This document shows, piece after piece, positions 29,832 through 40,109 of a stretch of DNA of 64,000 nucleotides. The translations under genes and the position numbers were made by a program. The DNA is from a virus. The DNA lies in the IMG/VR virus record IMGVR_UViG_3300023179_000013, positions 104,947-168,946 of that record; one strand, written 5' to 3'. Within the stretch, counting starts at the first letter, position 1. Each line of letters starts with the position of its first letter. The notes under the pieces are model-generated. The model had not been told where the DNA came from. It ran no database searches and worked only from the letters and a program-made list of their open reading frames with translations.

Positions 29832-30770
29832 ATGAAAAAAGTTTTGATCACTGGTGGGGCCGGTTACTTAGGCTCCGTTTTAACAGAAGTATTAATTAAT
29901 AAAGGGTATAAGGTTACAGTAATAGATAACCTTATTTATAAGCAAACATCTGTTGCTCCCTTTACGTACCATCCTAATTTTGAATTTGTGTTAGGTGATG
30001 TAACTAATGAATCACAACTCAAATCATTAGTAGAAAAACATGACGTAATTATTCCATTAGCTGCTATTGTGGGTATGCCTGCTTGTAAAGCGCAACCTGA
30101 ATTAACAATTAAAGTCAACTATGAGCAAGTAAGAAATATTACTCAGTGGGTTACTAAAGACCAAATGGTATTAATTCCTAATACTAATAGCCAATACGGT
30201 TCATCAACAGAAATCATTACTGAAGATTCACCATTTAAACCACTTTCATTATATGCTGAAACAAAATGTGATGCTGAAAAAGCAGTATTAGATTCAGGTA
30301 ATGGTATTGCATTGCGTTTGGCAACAGTATTTGGTATGTCGTATCGTATGAGAATGGATTTATTAGTTAATGACTTTGTTTATAAAGCAGTAACAGATGG
30401 TTATTTAGTATTATTTGAATCGCATTTTATTCGTAACTATATTCACGTTAGAGACATTGCTAATACATTTTTATTCATGATTGAAAATTATGATAGGTGT
30501 AATAACAATGCATTTAATGTTGGTTTAACATCTGCTAATTGCACTAAATTAGAATTAGCTAAAAAAATTCAGCAGTTTGTTCCTGATTTGGTTATTGTAG
30601 AAAATAATTTCAAACAAGATTTCGATCAGAGAAACTATATGGTTTCAAATGCTAAATTAGAATCATTTGGTTGGCAACCTCAATATACACTTGAAGATGG
30701 TATTCAAGAATTAGTTAAAGGATACCAATTGATTACTAAATTTAAAAATAAAGATTTTACAAACCTATGA
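29832..30770 (+). CDS. NAD-dependent epimerase/dehydratase
   Basis: TGGAGYLG, YAETK, LRLATVFG, RNYIHV. Confidence 0.85.
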   Translation: MKKVLITGGAGYLGSVLTEVLINKGYKVTVIDNLIYKQTSVAPFTYHPNFEFVLGDVTNESQLKSLVEKHDVIIPLAAIVGMPACKAQPELTIKVNYEQVRNITQWVTKDQMVLIPNTNSQYGSSTEIITEDSPFKPLSLYAETKCDAEKAVLDSGNGIALRLATVFGMSYRMRMDLLVNDFVYKAVTDGYLVLFESHFIRNYIHVRDIANTFLFMIENYDRCNNNAFNVGLTSANCTKLELAKKIQQFVPDLVIVENNFKQDFDQRNYMVSNAKLESFGWQPQYTLEDGIQELVKGYQLITKFKNKDFTNL

Positions 30771-32293
30771 TAGACATTTTATTTATATCACCAGGCAATG
30801 CTGAAGGTATTTATCAAAATTTAGCTGATAATTATGCTGCTATTGAACCACCTACTTGGGCATTATTGTTAGCCCAATCATGTCGTTCAATAGGACATAC
30901 TGTTGCTCTTATAGATGCTAATGCTGAACAATTAGGTAAAGAGGAAGTAGAAAGAAGAATAAAAGAATTAAATCCACGTTTAATTTGCTTTGTAGTTTAT
31001 GGACAAAACGTAAATGCAGGTACAGTTAATATGGGAGGAGCTACTTACTTATCTAAACACTTAAAAGAAATAGGTATTACTACTCCTATTGCTTATATAG
31101 GTTCTTATGTTCAAGCTGTTCCTATTAAGGCACTTAAAGATGAATCTTCAATTGATTTCTTATTTACAAATGAAGGTGTGTATGCTTTAAGAAATGTATT
31201 AGCATTAGATAATATTGATATTAATAATTTATCTGATATTAAAGGCATTGCTTGGAGAAAAGAAGGAGTACCTACAATCAATAAAGCAGAAAAAGTAGTA
31301 CCAAACGAGAGAATGGATATTGACCTCCCAGGTTATGCTTGGGACTTACTTCCAATAAAAGAAAAACCACTTGATTTATATCGTGCTCCTATGTGGCATG
31401 CCGAATACGATCAAAATAAACGCTCCCCTTATGCTGCAATCCAAACATCATTAGGTTGTCAATTTGGATGTGAGTTCTGTATGATTAACATTCTAAATAG
31501 AAATGATGAAGATGAAATTGGGGTAGCAGGAAATTATAGTAATATGCGTTATTGGTCTCCTGAATTTATTATTGGTGAATTTGATAAATTAGTAGAATTA
31601 GGAGTTCATACAATTAAGATTACGGATGAAATGTTCTTATTGAATAGAAAATATTATGTTCCATTCTGTGAATTACTTAGAGATAGAGGATATGGTAAAT
31701 TCCTTAGAATGTGGGCTTATTCAAGAGTAGATACTGTTCGTCGCCCTGATTTACTTAAATTAGTAAGAGAAGCCGGTATTAAATGGTTAGCCTTAGGAAT
31801 TGAAAGTGCTGATAAGTTAGTTCGTCTTGAAGTATCTAAAGGTAAATTTGAAGATGTAGATATTACTCAAGTAATTCAACAAGTACATGATGCTGATATT
31901 GAGGTAATGGCTAATTACATCTTTGGCCTACCAGGAGATACACAAGAATCAATGCAAAAAACTTTGGAATTTTCAAAAGAACTATGTACCTTCGGATGGA
32001 ATGCATATGCAGCAATGGCGCTGCCTGGTAGTCAGTTATATAAAAATGCTGTTATGAATGGAATCCCATTACCTGATACTTATGAAGGTTATTCATTTCA
32101 TGGTTATGATACATTACCATTACCTACTGATACCTTAAGTGCTGCTGAAATATTAACGTTTAGAGATAAAGCGTTTAATGAATATCATTCATATCCTCCA
32201 TTTTTAGAAAAAGTAAAAACTAAGTTTGGTCAAATAGCAGTTGATAATATTAATGAAATGTTGAAAGTCAAACTGAAAAGAAAAATTTTATGA
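30767..32293 (+). CDS. Cobalamin-binding radical SAM enzyme (class B methyltransferase-like)
   Basis: N-terminal B12-binding-like domain, GCQFGCEFC, GIES, IFGLPG. Confidence 0.85.
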   Translation: MIDILFISPGNAEGIYQNLADNYAAIEPPTWALLLAQSCRSIGHTVALIDANAEQLGKEEVERRIKELNPRLICFVVYGQNVNAGTVNMGGATYLSKHLKEIGITTPIAYIGSYVQAVPIKALKDESSIDFLFTNEGVYALRNVLALDNIDINNLSDIKGIAWRKEGVPTINKAEKVVPNERMDIDLPGYAWDLLPIKEKPLDLYRAPMWHAEYDQNKRSPYAAIQTSLGCQFGCEFCMINILNRNDEDEIGVAGNYSNMRYWSPEFIIGEFDKLVELGVHTIKITDEMFLLNRKYYVPFCELLRDRGYGKFLRMWAYSRVDTVRRPDLLKLVREAGIKWLALGIESADKLVRLEVSKGKFEDVDITQVIQQVHDADIEVMANYIFGLPGDTQESMQKTLEFSKELCTFGWNAYAAMALPGSQLYKNAVMNGIPLPDTYEGYSFHGYDTLPLPTDTLSAAEILTFRDKAFNEYHSYPPFLEKVKTKFGQIAVDNINEMLKVKLKRKIL

Positions 32294-33516
32294 AACTAAA
32301 TATATTTCCTAATACCCACCCAAATAATCCAAATACTTGGGCTTATCATCCATACTATAAAAATATGTATAATGATTCCCCAGAAGATATTGACTTTGTT
32401 GAAGAATATGATGACAAGCAGGATTTATCTAAATATGATGAATTTATCCAAGAATTTAAATCTAGATGTATTAAAAGTGGAATTTCAGAGGAAAACATTA
32501 ATACATATTTAAATTCTACTAATATAGAACTTAGTAAAAAGATGAAAAACGGAATACCTGTTTGGGTATCTACTATTCCTCTTTATTTTGGTCCGAATGA
32601 TTGGATAATTGAAATAGAAGACTGTTGGAGTTTATTTTATCCGTTTCATGGAAATGCCGAAAATGCGGATTATGACTTAACTGATTCTAATTGGTTGGTA
32701 AAAATATTAAGAGTTTTATTTGAAATGGATAATTGTAAACAAATATTAACCCACATAAAAGATTCAATTAATTTTATCGATGTAGTATTTGGAGAAAAAG
32801 TATTAGGAAAAACAAGTTTCTTACAACAGTCTGTAGATATTCCTGATGAAGAAGTAAAACTATATAAAAAAACAGATAAACATACTGTGTTTTTATTTCA
32901 TGGGGGATCTGTTCACACACCTGAACACTTTTTTCTTAGAGGTGGCTTAGAAACACTACAGGCTTTTATAAACGCATATGAAATAAATAAAAATATACAT
33001 TTAAACGTAGTTTATGATGTTAATGTATTACATGATAGTATTACATCACTCATGAGAAAACATCCGGGTATTACCTATTTTGACCAATGGCAAACAGATG
33101 AACAAATGAAAATTCATAGACAACAAGCAGATGTGTTTGTAGTACCAGCATATAGAATACATTGTATGTCAACCCTAATGTCTATGGCAAGAGGAAATCC
33201 TGTAATTTGTTCAGATGGATGGGGATTTGCTGAATATATATATGATAATTATACAGGCATTATTACTAAAGGACAAAAATGCTCATGGAATGACGAAAAA
33301 GGAATTTTTAGAGAAAGTTATAAATTAGGAAGAGGAATTATCCAGCAAGATCTAATGAAAAATATAGAAAAAGCAATGTTAAAATTATCTACAAATTTAA
33401 ATTTGTATAATAATATGAGAATGAATTGTATTAATGAATATTACAAAAACTATACAAATAATACAAGAAATCAAGTTCTATCTAGTATCATAAATAATCT
33501 AACTTTTACAAAATAA
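32290..33516 (+). CDS. GT4-like glycosyltransferase
   Basis: ADVFVVPA, MARGNPVICSD. Confidence 0.65.
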   Translation: MKLNIFPNTHPNNPNTWAYHPYYKNMYNDSPEDIDFVEEYDDKQDLSKYDEFIQEFKSRCIKSGISEENINTYLNSTNIELSKKMKNGIPVWVSTIPLYFGPNDWIIEIEDCWSLFYPFHGNAENADYDLTDSNWLVKILRVLFEMDNCKQILTHIKDSINFIDVVFGEKVLGKTSFLQQSVDIPDEEVKLYKKTDKHTVFLFHGGSVHTPEHFFLRGGLETLQAFINAYEINKNIHLNVVYDVNVLHDSITSLMRKHPGITYFDQWQTDEQMKIHRQQADVFVVPAYRIHCMSTLMSMARGNPVICSDGWGFAEYIYDNYTGIITKGQKCSWNDEKGIFRESYKLGRGIIQQDLMKNIEKAMLKLSTNLNLYNNMRMNCINEYYKNYTNNTRNQVLSSIINNLTFTK

Positions 33517-33523
33517 TAAAAAC

Positions 33524-34126
33524 ATGGCTAAATATACTGCAGATGAATTGATCACTTTTGAAGAAGACATAGCAGATTGTTTTAATAATGCTATGATTAA
33601 AGCTCCTATCCATTTATATTATGGAAATGAAGAGCAAATGATCAATATATTTGAAAAAGTACAACCTGAAGACTGGGTATTTTGTACTTGGCGCTCACAT
33701 TATCAATGTTTACTCAAAGGTGTACCTCAAGAACAGGTAAAAAAAGATATATTAGAAGGTAAATCTATTACTCTTTGTTATCCTGAATATAATGTATACT
33801 CTTCAGCTATTGTAACAGGTAATATTCCTATTGCAACAGGTACGGCGTTGGATATTAAACGTAAAGGTCAAACTAATCATGTTTGGTGTTTTGTAGGTGA
33901 TATGACATCTGAAACAGGTACTTTCTTTGAAAACTGGAAGTATGCAATCAATCATGATTTGCCTATTACCTATGTAATTGAAGATAATAGCAAATCAGTT
34001 TGTACTGTTACTAGAGAAGTATGGAATAGTGAGTTATACTTTAAAAACGAAACAAGAAAAATAATTTATTATCAATACGAAACCAAGTATCCTCATGCTG
34101 GTGCCGGTAAACGAATTCAATTTTAA
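33524..34126 (+). CDS. ThDP enzyme, truncated dehydrogenase E1 alpha-like subunit
   Basis: HLYYGNEE, WRSH, GD...EDN ThDP motif. Confidence 0.8.
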   Translation: MAKYTADELITFEEDIADCFNNAMIKAPIHLYYGNEEQMINIFEKVQPEDWVFCTWRSHYQCLLKGVPQEQVKKDILEGKSITLCYPEYNVYSSAIVTGNIPIATGTALDIKRKGQTNHVWCFVGDMTSETGTFFENWKYAINHDLPITYVIEDNSKSVCTVTREVWNSELYFKNETRKIIYYQYETKYPHAGAGKRIQF

Positions 34127-34129
34127 TAT

Positions 34130-34666
34130 ATGAAGTATTTTGATGAATTAAAACGCTCAATGGATTGGCTTAATGAAAAGCCAGATACATTTTTTCTAGG
34201 ACAAGCAGTAACATATGCTGGTACAGCTATGACTAATACAGTTAAAGATGTTAATCCTTCTAAAATGTTAGAAATGCCAGTAAATGAGGATATGCAAATG
34301 GGAATGACGATTGGAATGGCATTAAATGGTACTGTACCTATTTCAATTTATCCTCGTTGGAATTTCTTATTGTTAGCTGCTAATCAGGTAGTTAATCATT
34401 TGGATAAAATAAAAATAATGTCTGGTGGTGGATACACACCTAAAGTAATTATTAGAACATCAATTGGCTCACAACGTCCCTTACATCCACAACATCAACA
34501 CATTGCTGATTTTACTGCTGGATTCAAGGCAATGTGTGATTGGGTTGATATCATTAGATTAGATGAACCACACCAAATCTTTGAAGCATTTCAATATGCT
34601 TATGAAAGAACAGACAACCGCCCTACAATTTTAGTTGAATGGGGTGATTATTATGGAGAAAAATAA
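34130..34666 (+). CDS. ThDP enzyme, truncated E1 beta/transketolase PYR-domain subunit
   Basis: EMPVNEDMQMGMTIGMAL, NQVVN, QH. Confidence 0.8.
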   Translation: MKYFDELKRSMDWLNEKPDTFFLGQAVTYAGTAMTNTVKDVNPSKMLEMPVNEDMQMGMTIGMALNGTVPISIYPRWNFLLLAANQVVNHLDKIKIMSGGGYTPKVIIRTSIGSQRPLHPQHQHIADFTAGFKAMCDWVDIIRLDEPHQIFEAFQYAYERTDNRPTILVEWGDYYGEK

Positions 34667-34671
34667 AAACA

Positions 34672-35016
34672 ATGAATTATAAAGAAACAAGACCTTGGGG
34701 TGAATTTGAAAATTTATTAGATGCAGAATATTGCAAAGTAAAACAAATCATCATTAAACCAGGACAAGCTCCTAGTTATCAATACCATTTTAAACGTAGT
34801 GAAGTATGGGTTGTAGTTCAGGGAGAAGGAGAATTGAAAATAAATGATGAAATACAATCTGTAAGAAAATGGGATGCTATTATAGTTCCTGTAGAAGCAA
34901 AACACCAAATTAAAAACACAGGTACTGAGGATCTTATTTTTATTGAAGTACAATTAGGTGAATATTTTGGAGAAGATGATATAGTACGTTTAGAAGATAA
35001 TTATGGCAGAGTATAA
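34672..35016 (+). CDS. Mannose-6-phosphate isomerase type II-like cupin
   Basis: RPWG, SYQYHFKRSEVW, EVQLG.YFGEDDIVR. Confidence 0.85.
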   Translation: MNYKETRPWGEFENLLDAEYCKVKQIIIKPGQAPSYQYHFKRSEVWVVVQGEGELKINDEIQSVRKWDAIIVPVEAKHQIKNTGTEDLIFIEVQLGEYFGEDDIVRLEDNYGRV

Positions 35017-36550
35017 AGTATTAATAACAACAAGTGGTCTAGGTAGCAGATTAGGTAATCTTACTGATTATACTAATAAAGCATTAATACGAGTAGCAGA
35101 TAAACCTGCTATTTCGTATATTATAGAGTCATACCCAACCGATGCTGAGTTTATAATAACATTAGGTCATTTTGGATCTCATGTAAAGCAATTCCTTCAG
35201 TTAGCTTACCCTGATCATAAATTTACTTTTATAGAGGTAGATAAATATAAAGGTGAAGGTAGTAGTTTAGGATATTCAATATTACAATGTAAACATGCTA
35301 TCAATAGTCCTTTTATATTCCATGCCTCAGATACTATTGTAAAAGATTTAACAATCCCTTCTCCTGATCATAATTGGGTAATGGGTTCATATAAAGAAGA
35401 TTCATCTCAATATAGAACAGTAAATATACGTGATGGAAAGTTAATTAAAATTAATGAAAAGGGAGAAATAGGGTTTGATTATTCATACATTGGAGTTGCT
35501 CTTATAAAAGACTTTGAACTATTCTTCTATAATTTAGAAAAATTAGTTTACAACGAACACAAAGACACTTCTGATGTTCATGTTATAAATAATATGTTAT
35601 CTGATGTTGATTTTCACTACAAACATATTAACTTTGGAGATTGGTTTGATATTGGTAATACATCAGAATTAATTAAAACTAGAAAAAAATTTAGTTCAAG
35701 TATTGAAGTACTAGATAAAAAAGATGAATCTATATTTTTCTTTGATGATTTTGTAATTAAGTTCTTTGCTGATTCTATTATTAATCAAAATAGAGTAACT
35801 AGAGCTAATAATTTAAAAGGATTAGTACCTGAAATTATAGGTTCAACTGAAAACTTCTATAAATACAAAAAAGCAGAAGGTAAGTTATTTGCCAAATCTG
35901 CTAATAGAAGTAAATTCTTAACATTTTTAGAATGGACAAATAAAAATCTTTGGATTAGTAAATCAGACCCTAATTTTAAATCTAAATGTTATGATTTTTA
36001 TATTATCAAAACTAAGAAACGTATTAATCAATACCTAGAAAATAAACCGGATAAAGAGGAGTACATCAATGGAGAATTAATCCCATCAGTATATGATATG
36101 TTAGATCAATTAGATATTGAATGGTTAATTGAAGGTATTCCATCTCAATTCCATGGTGATTTTATTTTAGATAATATTATTGAAACTAAAGATGGTTTTT
36201 GTTTAATTGATTGGAGACAAGACTTTGCCGGTGATTTAGAGGTTGGAGACTTATATTATGATTTGGCTAAATTAAACCACAATTTAAATATAAACCATGA
36301 TATAGTTAATAGAGATTTGTTTGATTCTTCTAAAGATAATTGTTATATTTTAATAAATAGTAAATTAAATGAATGTAAAGGTGTGCTGCATTCTTTCATT
36401 ACAGAAAACGGATATGATCTGAAAAAAGTAAAAGTATTAACCTCTATTATATGGTTAAATATGGCTCCTCTTCACGAACATCCTTTTAATAATTTTTTAT
36501 TTAATTTTGGAAAATATAATTTATATAAAAGTTTAAAAATATGGAACTAA
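35003..36550 (+). CDS. Nucleotidyltransferase fused to choline/aminoglycoside kinase-like domain
   Basis: SGLGSRL...NKAL; HGDFILDN, IDWR, YYDLAKL. Confidence 0.75.
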   Translation: MAEYKVLITTSGLGSRLGNLTDYTNKALIRVADKPAISYIIESYPTDAEFIITLGHFGSHVKQFLQLAYPDHKFTFIEVDKYKGEGSSLGYSILQCKHAINSPFIFHASDTIVKDLTIPSPDHNWVMGSYKEDSSQYRTVNIRDGKLIKINEKGEIGFDYSYIGVALIKDFELFFYNLEKLVYNEHKDTSDVHVINNMLSDVDFHYKHINFGDWFDIGNTSELIKTRKKFSSSIEVLDKKDESIFFFDDFVIKFFADSIINQNRVTRANNLKGLVPEIIGSTENFYKYKKAEGKLFAKSANRSKFLTFLEWTNKNLWISKSDPNFKSKCYDFYIIKTKKRINQYLENKPDKEEYINGELIPSVYDMLDQLDIEWLIEGIPSQFHGDFILDNIIETKDGFCLIDWRQDFAGDLEVGDLYYDLAKLNHNLNINHDIVNRDLFDSSKDNCYILINSKLNECKGVLHSFITENGYDLKKVKVLTSIIWLNMAPLHEHPFNNFLFNFGKYNLYKSLKIWN

Positions 36551-37512
36551 AATATTTTATAGGACCTATGTCTAAAAACATAGTAGACGCTATACTTGAA
36601 TTTTGTAAAGAAACAAAAAACGAGATTGCTTTAATTCCTTCTCGTCGTCAAATAGAATGGGATGGAGGATATGTAAATAACTGGACTACTAAAGAATTTA
36701 GCTTACATGCTCTACCTCTTACACTACAGCGTGACCATGCAGGACCAGGACAAGGAGCTACAGATGATGATGGGTACGAGTCATTAAAACACGATTGTGA
36801 ATATTTAGATTTGATTCATATCGACCCCTGGAAAAAATACCCTGTATTTGCTGATGGATTAGAAGAAACAATCAAAATGATTGAGTATTGTTATAAATTA
36901 AACCCAGAAATCCAATATGAGGTAGGAACAGAAGAAGCAATTAGACGATTTGAATCGTATGAATTGGCCGACTTAATGCATCAACTCCAACACAGACTAC
37001 CTTCAGAAGCATATAAACAAATTAAATATCTGGTAATTCAATCAGGAACATCTTTAAAAGGAACCAACCAAACTGGCACTTATGATTCAGAGCGATTGAA
37101 AGAAATGGTAGGGGTTTGTAAACAATTTAATGTGTTATCTAAAGAACATAATGGTGATTACATACCAGTATCAGTTATTCATGAAAAGTTCAATTTAGGG
37201 TTAGATGCAATTAACATAGCACCTGAATTTGGATTAATTGAAACTCAGACGTACCTTGATGAAATAGGATCTGATGAAAAAACATTTGATCGTTTTTGGC
37301 AGATATGTTATGATTCTAAAAAATGGGTAAAATGGGTTAATCCTGGATTTGATCCTTATTATAATAAAAAAGAATTAGTTAAAATATGTGGACATTATGT
37401 TTTATCCAATCCTGATTTCTTAAGTGAAATTAAAAATCAATTTCCTGGGATTGATGAAACAGTAAAAACTAATGTTAAAAATAAACTAAATGAATTATAT
37501 AAGCAGGGATAA
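36541..37512 (+). CDS. GatZ/KbaZ-like (class II aldolase fold) sugar-phosphate epimerase candidate
   Basis: RDHAGP, IHIDP, YEVGTE, EHNGDY, NIAPE. Confidence 0.6.
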   Translation: MELKYFIGPMSKNIVDAILEFCKETKNEIALIPSRRQIEWDGGYVNNWTTKEFSLHALPLTLQRDHAGPGQGATDDDGYESLKHDCEYLDLIHIDPWKKYPVFADGLEETIKMIEYCYKLNPEIQYEVGTEEAIRRFESYELADLMHQLQHRLPSEAYKQIKYLVIQSGTSLKGTNQTGTYDSERLKEMVGVCKQFNVLSKEHNGDYIPVSVIHEKFNLGLDAINIAPEFGLIETQTYLDEIGSDEKTFDRFWQICYDSKKWVKWVNPGFDPYYNKKELVKICGHYVLSNPDFLSEIKNQFPGIDETVKTNVKNKLNELYKQG

Positions 37513-38626
37513 TGATGTTGTTCTAGGTAATAATGATCTAGAAGATCTATATACATTCAAAAATACCCCTGTGTTTATGGGATGTGTTGGCCATGACTCT
37601 TCTAAAGATTTATTGGTAGATATGAGTTGGAAGATAAGCAAAAAATCAGGAATGATTCAACTTAATCCTCTTCTTCCTTTAGACGTGGTATATAATACTG
37701 AACATGGATCTGGGACTGTTGGGAAAATATGGGATGAACACCATAAATCCTTTGCTCAGTTTATAAGTAAATACAGTATAAAAAATATATTAGAAATAGG
37801 AGGATTACACGGCATTTTATCTCAAAAATACTTTGATTTAGAAGGTAAAGCAAAATGGACTATTATTGAACCAAATCCTATTGTCCCGGAATCAGTTCCT
37901 GTAAAAGTAATTACAGGATTCTTTGATAATAATTTCAAATCAGAAGAAAAATTTGATGCTATTATTCATTCTCATGTATTAGAGCATATCTATAATCCAA
38001 ATGAGTTTATGGAGCATCAGTCTTCATTTATGAAGGAAGGAGATTTATTGATATTTTCTATTCCTAATATGGAGATGATGTTAAAAAATAAATATACTAA
38101 CTGTATTAATTTTGAACATACTGTATTTCTTAGTGAACCATATGTTGAGTATTTCTTAAATAAACATAGTTTTAAATTAATTGATAAACAATATTTTAGA
38201 AACGACCATAGCATATTTTATTGTGCTAAAAAAACATCTAATAATTTTAAAATAGATTTGTCTAAAAATTTATATGAAATAAATAAAAATATATTTCAAG
38301 AATATGTTGATTACTACATTAATGAAGTAAAGAAAATAAATGAAATAATAAATAACATTAATATTCCTGTTTATTTATTTGGTGCCCATGTTTTTTCTCA
38401 GTATTTAATTGTGTTTGGTTTAGATACATCCAACATTATTTGTTTATTAGATAATGACATTAAAAAAGAAAATAAAAGATTGTATGGTACATCTTTAGTA
38501 TCAAAAAGTCCTAAAGTACTAAAAGATATTCCTGAAGCTTTAGTAATATTAAAAGCAGGGGTATATAACGATGAAATAAAAAATGACATATTAAGTAATA
38601 TTAATCCCAATATTAAATTCATCTAA
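37490..38626 (+). CDS. SAM-dependent methyltransferase (NDP-sugar C-methyltransferase-like)
   Basis: LEIGG, HVLEHI, FEH, C-terminal FGA...LDND..K. Confidence 0.7.
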   Translation: MNYISRDNDVVLGNNDLEDLYTFKNTPVFMGCVGHDSSKDLLVDMSWKISKKSGMIQLNPLLPLDVVYNTEHGSGTVGKIWDEHHKSFAQFISKYSIKNILEIGGLHGILSQKYFDLEGKAKWTIIEPNPIVPESVPVKVITGFFDNNFKSEEKFDAIIHSHVLEHIYNPNEFMEHQSSFMKEGDLLIFSIPNMEMMLKNKYTNCINFEHTVFLSEPYVEYFLNKHSFKLIDKQYFRNDHSIFYCAKKTSNNFKIDLSKNLYEINKNIFQEYVDYYINEVKKINEIINNINIPVYLFGAHVFSQYLIVFGLDTSNIICLLDNDIKKENKRLYGTSLVSKSPKVLKDIPEALVILKAGVYNDEIKNDILSNINPNIKFI

Positions 38627-38985
38627 TGGATACCAGACCCAAAACAATCATTTGTGATATTGATGGTACATTAATTGTTCACCATGCTCCTCATATATCA
38701 GCTAATGAATCATATGTTCCTGAGTTATTAGAGGGTACACTTGATAAATTGAATGAATGGGAAAGAAAAGGATACAATATTGTACTTTTAACTGGTAGGA
38801 AAGAATCAATGAGAAAGGTAACAGAACAGCAACTTTCTAAATTAGGAATATATTATGATCAATTAATAATGGGAGTTGGTGGTGGACCTAGATATCTTAT
38901 AAATGATTGTAAACCAGAAGGAACAGAAGCAGCCTTTGCTATTAATATTATTCGTAATAAAGGAATAAAGAATATTGAGATATGA
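38626..38985 (+). CDS. HAD-superfamily phosphatase
   Basis: CDIDGT, TGR. Confidence 0.8.
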   Translation: MDTRPKTIICDIDGTLIVHHAPHISANESYVPELLEGTLDKLNEWERKGYNIVLLTGRKESMRKVTEQQLSKLGIYYDQLIMGVGGGPRYLINDCKPEGTEAAFAINIIRNKGIKNIEI

Positions 38986-40109
38986 TTTTATTATACAATG
39001 TTTATTTAGATGATAAAATAAGAATACCAGGATTCTTTTATAGGGGTAATTATGGAAATAATACTAACTCAATTGATGTATTTAAATATGCCCTAAGTAG
39101 TGTTGTAGATATATACCCGTGGACTAGAGTAATAATCAATGTAGAATTAAACCCAACACTGTCCCATAGAGAAGAAGAACTCAATAATTATATTAAAGAT
39201 TTATTTAAAAATTACGACTTAATCTTAACAAACAAAAGATGTGAACGCCAATCAGAATGGAAACAACTATATGAACAATTAAATGATGAAATAATTTATT
39301 TCTGTTGTAATCACGATCATGTTTTTATAGATAAAGATCCTAAAGACTTCATTAAAGATATAGAAAGTTTTAGAGAATATTTTTCTGATAATGAAGCTTC
39401 TTTTTATTTTAGCCACTGGCAAGAAATATTGAATTTATTTATCCAAAACAAGCAAAATACAGACTCAGAATACATTTCAAATAACTCATATGCTTTATCA
39501 GATAGGTTTATAATTCTTTTAGATAATAATATAGATAGTATTCAAATTATTACTAAAAAACTTTATCATACATGGTGGTTTACAGGTGAATTTGAAGATA
39601 TGGTATTGCCTAGAACAGATTACGCTAATTTTAATGGGTGTGTTTTTCCTAATCAACCTATTAAATTTCAAGTAGCCCCATATAAAGAATATTTTAGACA
39701 TTTTGATGGATATTCTCATTTTGCTGATCCTTCTTATAAACCTATTATTAGTAATTTAGTATGTCCTTTATTTATTCCCTCTGGGTTTTTTGAGAATGAC
39801 ATTAAGTTAAAAATAGGATATGATGTAAATGATACTAATTACATTAACATAAATTTATCTAAAAATAACTATACTGTTGCAGATGATCAGGGAACTGATA
39901 TGAAGTGTTTTATAGAAGAGATACCATATTTTTGGAAAAACAAAATATCTCAAGTAGATTCCAATCCCGAGTATAAAGAATTAGATTTTATATCTCAAAG
40001 AAATTCTAACATAATTGATCCTTTAGTATGTGGTTTATTCCATGGAAAAATAAAAGATCAATTTGTTATTGATAAAATAAAACAAGCTAATAATATAAAC
40101 AATGAATAA
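38982..40109 (+). CDS. Hypothetical, possibly GT-like
   Basis: NHDHVFID, FRHFDGY; island context. Confidence 0.4.
   Translation: MILLYNVYLDDKIRIPGFFYRGNYGNNTNSIDVFKYALSSVVDIYPWTRVIINVELNPTLSHREEELNNYIKDLFKNYDLILTNKRCERQSEWKQLYEQLNDEIIYFCCNHDHVFIDKDPKDFIKDIESFREYFSDNEASFYFSHWQEILNLFIQNKQNTDSEYISNNSYALSDRFIILLDNNIDSIQIITKKLYHTWWFTGEFEDMVLPRTDYANFNGCVFPNQPIKFQVAPYKEYFRHFDGYSHFADPSYKPIISNLVCPLFIPSGFFENDIKLKIGYDVNDTNYININLSKNNYTVADDQGTDMKCFIEEIPYFWKNKISQVDSNPEYKELDFISQRNSNIIDPLVCGLFHGKIKDQFVIDKIKQANNINNE

Noticed and set aside
33524-34666. Pyruvate dehydrogenase as an auxiliary metabolic gene
   Set aside because: Subunits are truncated, no E2/E3 is present, and the context is sugar biosynthesis
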